Source: Clostridium sp. (GTDB lineage Bacteria; Bacillota; Clostridia; TANB77; CAG-508). From it: a DNA stretch of 64,000 nt. Every line of letters begins with the position of its first letter. Position 1 is the stretch's first letter. Under the pieces are notes generated by a model. That model did no database searches, was not told where the DNA came from, and saw nothing but the letters and a program-made list of their open reading frames with translations. Where the stretch lies: assembly GCA_018371855.1 (NCBI GenBank), contig JAHAKD010000007.1:27820-91819 (forward strand), read 5' to 3'. A program made the translations under genes and the position numbers. Of this stretch, positions 59,455 through 64,000 are shown piece by piece.

Positions 59455-60618
59455 ATGAGTATTGAAAAATTTGTATTAAACGAAACATCTTATTTCGGAT
59501 TTGGAGCAAGGGAGGTTTTACCAGAAGAAATAAAAAATAGAGGATATAAGAAAGTATTAGTTGTTACAGATAAATCTTTATTCGAAATAGGTTTAAGTAA
59601 AAAAGTAACAGACAAATTAGATGAAGCAGGAATAGAATATACAGTATTTAGTGATGTAAAACCTAATCCAACAGTAACAAATGTAAAAGATGGTTTAAGA
59701 ATTTGTAGAGAATTTGGAGCAGATGTAATTGTTGCTGTAGGTGGAGGTTCTAGTATAGATACTGCTAAAGGAATTTCTATAGTTATGACAAACCCAGATA
59801 GAGAAGATATTGTTTCTTTAAATGGTCCATCAAACACTGTAAATAAAGGAATGCCATTAATAGCACTTCCAACAACACATGGTACAGCAGCAGAAGTTAC
59901 TATAAATTATGTAATAACAGATGAAGAAAGAGAAGTAAAAATGGTATGTGTTGATCCACATGATATACCTTTAGTTGCAATTGTAGATACAGAACTAATG
60001 TCTACATTACCAAAATCAATAGCAGCTTCAACAGGTATGGATGCATTAACACATGCGATTGAAGGATATATAACAAAAGCTCATAATACAATGTCAGATA
60101 TGTTTCATATGAGAGCAATAGAATTAATATTCGAAAATTTACCAGCTGCAGTAAATGAGAAAAATCAAGATGCAATAGATAAAATGGGATTAGCACAATA
60201 TATTGCAGGAATGGGATTTTCAAATGTAGGTCTTGGAATAGTTCATTCTATGGCACATCAATTAGGAGCTGTTTATGATACTCCACATGGAATGGCAAAT
60301 GCAATTTTATTACCAACAGTAATGAGATTTAATGGACAAAATCCAGCAACAGCACAAAGATTTAGAGAAATATTAGTAAGAATTGGAAGACCAGATGCTG
60401 AACATTTAAATGACCAAGATGTTATAAATACATTTGTATGGAAAATATCAGAATTATCTAAAGCAGTTGGAATTACACAAACAATAAAAGATGTAGGAGC
60501 AAAAGAAGAAGATTTCGGAATGCTTGCCGATAAAGCAATGGAAGACCCATGTAAACCAGGAAATCCAAGAGAAGTATCAAGAGAAGACTTTATAGAATTA
60601 TATAGACAAGCTATGTAA
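59455..60618 (+). CDS. Iron-containing (group III) alcohol dehydrogenase (FucO/DhaT-like)
   Basis: VAVGGGSSIDTAKGI NAD-binding motif and the His-rich iron site …HSMAHQLG…. AAGGAGG lies before the ATG at 59455. Confidence 0.88.
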   Translation: MSIEKFVLNETSYFGFGAREVLPEEIKNRGYKKVLVVTDKSLFEIGLSKKVTDKLDEAGIEYTVFSDVKPNPTVTNVKDGLRICREFGADVIVAVGGGSSIDTAKGISIVMTNPDREDIVSLNGPSNTVNKGMPLIALPTTHGTAAEVTINYVITDEEREVKMVCVDPHDIPLVAIVDTELMSTLPKSIAASTGMDALTHAIEGYITKAHNTMSDMFHMRAIELIFENLPAAVNEKNQDAIDKMGLAQYIAGMGFSNVGLGIVHSMAHQLGAVYDTPHGMANAILLPTVMRFNGQNPATAQRFREILVRIGRPDAEHLNDQDVINTFVWKISELSKAVGITQTIKDVGAKEEDFGMLADKAMEDPCKPGNPREVSREDFIELYRQAM

Positions 60619-60625
60619 TAAATAA

Positions 60626-60672
60626 GGATTTGGATCTTTCTGGGGATTTTTTTGGGACGTTCCTTAAATCCC
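60626..60672 (+). other. 3'UTR hairpin motif, copy 2 (full), 8 nt after the adh stop and before the terminator
   Basis: GGATTTGGATCTTTCTGGGGATTTTTTTGGGACGTTCCTTAAATCCC: stem GGGGATTT/AAATCCC with a conserved loop GGGACGTTCC. Confidence 0.5.
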
Positions 60673-60707
60673 GATCTAAACGAAAATAGTTTTGCAATGT
60701 ATAAAAC

Positions 60708-60740
60708 AAGGGCTACTGAATTTATATTCAGTAGCCCTTA
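60708..60740 (+). terminator. Rho-independent terminator
   Basis: AAGGGCTACTGAATttatATTCAGTAGCCCTTATT. Confidence 0.65.
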
Positions 60741-60810
60741 TTATATATTAAAATTATGTTTTTAAAGAAGCCTAGGATTTCTTTAAAAACAATAATTGAC
60801 TATTCCAAAA

Positions 60811-61737
60811 TTAGTCTAAATTATTTAAAATATTTGGTAAAATTTGTTTCTTTCTAGAAACAACGTTTTCAAGCATTGCTGTATTATTATCAACAGAAAC
60901 ACCAAAAGCTTTTTCTACAACTGGTGCATCGTTTCCTAAAGAAATAATCTTAGAATTAGAATTAATTATATCTGTTGCTGCAAATACATATAAATCTAAG
61001 TTTTCTTTTTCAATGTCTTTTGCAATTGCTTGTTCGAAATAAGATTGATTCTTAAATATAGAATCTAAGTCAGCTGTATTTACTTGTGCAATTCTAAATT
61101 TTTTATTTCCTTTTTCGAATAATTTACAATCTATATTTATAATTTCTTCTGGAGTAAACTCGCTAATGTCAGTACCTGCTTTTAACATATCTGTACCATA
61201 TACATTAATATCAAGTCCAGAAATTTCTTCTAATTTTTTAACGATTTTTTTATCGTCTTCTGTAGTTGTTGGTGATTTTAAAATTAATGTATCAGAAGCG
61301 ATTGCGCTAAGCATTAATGTAGCCATAGTTTTATCTATTTCTACATCATTTTCTTTATACATTTTATATAAAACTGTTGCAGTACATCCAACAGGTTCTG
61401 CTCTATAATATAATTGATATGGAGCAACAAAATTCATTGTATGATGATCTACAACTTTTAATATTTTAGCATTAGATATATTTTCAACTGTTTGACTAGC
61501 TTCATTGTGGTCAACCAAAATAACGTCTTGGTTATCTTCTACATCTTTTATTAATTCTGGTGCTTCGATACCAAGATATTTTAAAACATATTGAGTTTCT
61601 TTGTTAACATTTCCTAATCTAACAGCTTTTGCATTTTCATTTCCTAATTTTTTCTCTAAATTTTCCATTACTAATGCAGATGTAATAGAGTCTGTATCTG
61701 GATTTTTGTGTCCGAATATTAATGTTTCTTTTGTCAT
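60811..61737 (-). CDS. ppaC: Manganese-dependent inorganic pyrophosphatase (family II, DHH/DHHA2)
   Basis: MTKETLIFGHKNPDTDSITSAL… with DHH motif …ILVDHNE…. Confidence 0.92.
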   Translation of the reverse strand: MTKETLIFGHKNPDTDSITSALVMENLEKKLGNENAKAVRLGNVNKETQYVLKYLGIEAPELIKDVEDNQDVILVDHNEASQTVENISNAKILKVVDHHTMNFVAPYQLYYRAEPVGCTATVLYKMYKENDVEIDKTMATLMLSAIASDTLILKSPTTTEDDKKIVKKLEEISGLDINVYGTDMLKAGTDISEFTPEEIINIDCKLFEKGNKKFRIAQVNTADLDSIFKNQSYFEQAIAKDIEKENLDLYVFAATDIINSNSKIISLGNDAPVVEKAFGVSVDNNTAMLENVVSRKKQILPNILNNLD

Positions 61738-61885
61738 ATGAGTTCCTCCTTATTTGATTTATTCAAGTAAAAGTAATATAGCAGAATGGACATTCTGCAT
61801 ATATTTCTGTTATTACACTTTACATAAACTATTATACACTAAAATTATGTTTAAGTCAATATATTTAGCGTATTTCCGTATATAA

Positions 61886-63607
61886 TTAGTCGGATATATA
61901 TGGGGTTACATTTAATGTTTTATTATTTGTATATATAACCATTCCAGGTTTACTTCCGTTAGGCTTTTTTACATATTTTACAAAACAATAATCAACAGGT
62001 ACATTACTAGAAAGTCTACCTTTACTATAGTAAGCTGCAAGTTTTGCGCATTTTATTAATGTATCATTTGATATATTTTCAGAAGGATTTTTTAATATTA
62101 CATGACTTCCATGAATGTCTTTAGTGTGAAACCATATATCATTTGGAGAAGCTAACTTGGTTGTAAGATAATCATTTTGTTTATTATTTTTACCAACAAG
62201 AACAGTAAAACCATCTATATGATACTCCCTAGGTGTTGATATATTTGCATCTTTTTTAGTGTTAGTCTTATTATTGGATTGTATATAATCTTTAAAAATA
62301 GGATTTTCACTAATTTCGTTATATATTTCATTAACTTCTTGAATATTTTTTGCGTATTCTAATTCATATATTATACTTTCTATGTATTGCAATTCTTCCT
62401 CAGTTTCTTTCTTTTGAAGAGTAACAATCTCTAAAGCATTTTTTAATTTATTATATTTTTTAAAATATTTTTTTGCGTTATTAGCAATAGATATCGTATT
62501 ATCTAAAGGAATAGTTAAAATAGTATTATTATCATAGTAATTTTCTAATTCCACTTTATCAGAATTATAATCCTTAGAAAATTTATATAAATTTGCAGTT
62601 ATTAATTCACCGTATAATTTATATAAATCTTTATTTTCACATTCTTTTAACTTATTATTAATACTTTCCAATCTTAAAGAATATTTTTTTAGAATATGAG
62701 AGATTAGTTTTAATAAATTATTTCTGTAAGATACATAATTGTTATTTGCTTCCTTATTATAATAAAAATCATCAATATAAAAATTGATATCCAAATTAGA
62801 TGTTTTAGTTTCTAAATCTATAACATAGTCTAATTTTCCTTTTTCGTTAGAATACTTTGTTAAAGAAACATGGTTACTATCTAAGTTATTAAGAATTTTA
62901 GAAAGATATTCATACATTTTTAAAATATCATCTTTTGAAAAATCAGTATTTCTTATATTTTGTTTTATAATTATATTTTTAATAAATGGCTTACTAAAAC
63001 CTGTAAAATATCCTACTAAGAAATTAGTTAAATTTGTTACATTATTTGTTAAAACTAAGTTACAAAATTCTTCAGCAGATTTTATAGTATAAAAATTGTT
63101 TTTAACGTTTTCCGGATATGTATATTCATGGGCTGGTAAAATATCTCTATATGAATTGGATAAAGTATCTAAATGCCTTAAACTATCAATAATAAAGAAT
63201 TTGTCATTTAATAATATTATATTACTGTGTTTACCCATTAATTCAACCATTAAATATTTAGTTGTTAAATCATTTAATTCGTTATATCCTTCTAATTCAA
63301 TTTTTATAATTCTTTCTAGATTATCATTAGAAGATATTGCTTTTATTTTATATCCAATTAAATGCTTTCTAAGTAACATGCAAAAGTTAGGTGCATTTAA
63401 AGGATTAGGTTTTGCATTAGTTGTTAAATGTATCCTATATAAGTTAGAATCTATACATATGTTTAAAGCATAATTTTTACCATTTGCATAGATGCTTAAT
63501 AAAACTTCATTTTTATTTGGTTCAAAAATTTTATTTATTTTTCCTCCCAATATAGAATATTGTAATTCGTAAGAAATTGATTTTGTTGTTATTCCATCAA
63601 ATGCCAT
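61886..63607 (-). CDS. rqcH: Ribosome-associated quality control factor RqcH (NFACT / FbpA fibronectin-binding family)
   Basis: NFACT-N MAFDGITTKSISYELQYSILGGKINKIFEP…FCMLLRKHL; C-terminal DUF814-like …DIWFHTKDIHGSHVILK. Confidence 0.85.
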   Translation of the reverse strand: MAFDGITTKSISYELQYSILGGKINKIFEPNKNEVLLSIYANGKNYALNICIDSNLYRIHLTTNAKPNPLNAPNFCMLLRKHLIGYKIKAISSNDNLERIIKIELEGYNELNDLTTKYLMVELMGKHSNIILLNDKFFIIDSLRHLDTLSNSYRDILPAHEYTYPENVKNNFYTIKSAEEFCNLVLTNNVTNLTNFLVGYFTGFSKPFIKNIIIKQNIRNTDFSKDDILKMYEYLSKILNNLDSNHVSLTKYSNEKGKLDYVIDLETKTSNLDINFYIDDFYYNKEANNNYVSYRNNLLKLISHILKKYSLRLESINNKLKECENKDLYKLYGELITANLYKFSKDYNSDKVELENYYDNNTILTIPLDNTISIANNAKKYFKKYNKLKNALEIVTLQKKETEEELQYIESIIYELEYAKNIQEVNEIYNEISENPIFKDYIQSNNKTNTKKDANISTPREYHIDGFTVLVGKNNKQNDYLTTKLASPNDIWFHTKDIHGSHVILKNPSENISNDTLIKCAKLAAYYSKGRLSSNVPVDYCFVKYVKKPNGSKPGMVIYTNNKTLNVTPYISD

Positions 63608-63725
63608 AATACTGCTGTATGTTATTAATTAACATACTCTCCTTTCTTAATTTATGTTTTGTGTTATTATATTACAAAGTTAATAATATAGCAATTAAAA
63701 AAATCTTAATAAGCAGTAAAAAGTA

Positions 63726-63760
63726 TTGACATTGTGCGTTTTTGTGACTTATAATGTGGC
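63726..63760 (+). promoter_or_regulatory. Consensus sigma-A promoter TTGACA–17–TTATAAT
   Basis: TTGACAttgtgcgtttttgtgacTTATAATg. Confidence 0.55.
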
Positions 63761-63793
63761 TTAGATATATTAGCAGGGGGTTACAATACACTT

Positions 63794-64000
63794 ATGAAAT
63801 ACAGCAATATGTTTTATCCATTCGATTCAAAATACGAACTTATGCAAGATGAAGAAATAATTGATAAAATAAAAGCAGGGGATAAAAGCGCTCTAAATTA
63901 CTTAATGGAAAAATATAAAGAACTTGTTAATATGAAAGTTAGTAAATATTATATAATAGGTGCAGAAAAAGAAGATATTGTTCAAGAAGGAATGATTGGA
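63794..64000 (+). CDS. Sigma-70-family sigma factor, SigH-like N-terminal fragment (region 2); truncated by the window edge
   Basis: …DEEIIDKIKAGDKSALNYLMEKYKELVNMKVSKYYIIGAEKEDIVQEGMIG closely parallels the B. subtilis SigH N-terminus (…DALDYLITKYRNFVRAKARSYFLIGADREDIVQEGMIGLYK). Confidence 0.55.
   Translation, partial: MKYSNMFYPFDSKYELMQDEEIIDKIKAGDKSALNYLMEKYKELVNMKVSKYYIIGAEKEDIVQEGMIG

Overview
This window is AT-rich (about 27-30% GC) Firmicute chromosome, very probably a spore-forming Clostridium-type organism, and most of it is housekeeping DNA. It carries ger(K)A/B, spoIVA, a YjcZ-like peptide, the ylxM-ffh-rpsP-KH-rimM-trmD-rplS block, rplU-rpmA-trpS-obg, rpsB-tsf, cysS, ligA, ftsY, ftsH, folD, dprA, dinB, PBP1A, ctpA, an LCP protein, pgsA, ppaC, rqcH and the start of a SigH-like sigma factor. 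The most unusual feature is a tRNA-Tyr(GUA) gene at 20638-20946 split in its anticodon loop by a roughly 223-nt insertion. The insertion shows group-I-intron hallmarks: splice after U, a terminal G, and R/S-like 'AGAGACU' and 'AGUCC' cores. Other things worth a second look: (1) three single-gene insertions of clearly higher GC content, each with its own promoter and terminator, at 4243-5238, 33525-33893 and especially 51370-51786 (about 45% GC, beside a tRNA-Thr gene, behind a perfect 10-bp palindromic operator); (2) a recurring hairpin motif (GGGAUUU...GGACGUUCC...AAAUCCC) sitting directly after the stop codons of three unrelated genes and before their terminators; (3) an L21 leader upstream of rplU with no prp gene and an L27 that lacks the N-terminal propeptide; (4) ribosomal protein L19 with a roughly 55-aa acidic C-terminal tail; (5) a LexA (Cheo) box inside a consensus promoter for dinB; (6) an ArsR/CadC-type repressor with a perfect palindromic operator in front of a P-type ATPase that has no HMA domain. 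No CRISPR array, prophage, transposase or classical defence operon is visible. No exact coding coordinates, gene symbol, homology or RNA fold here has been checked by search or folding.
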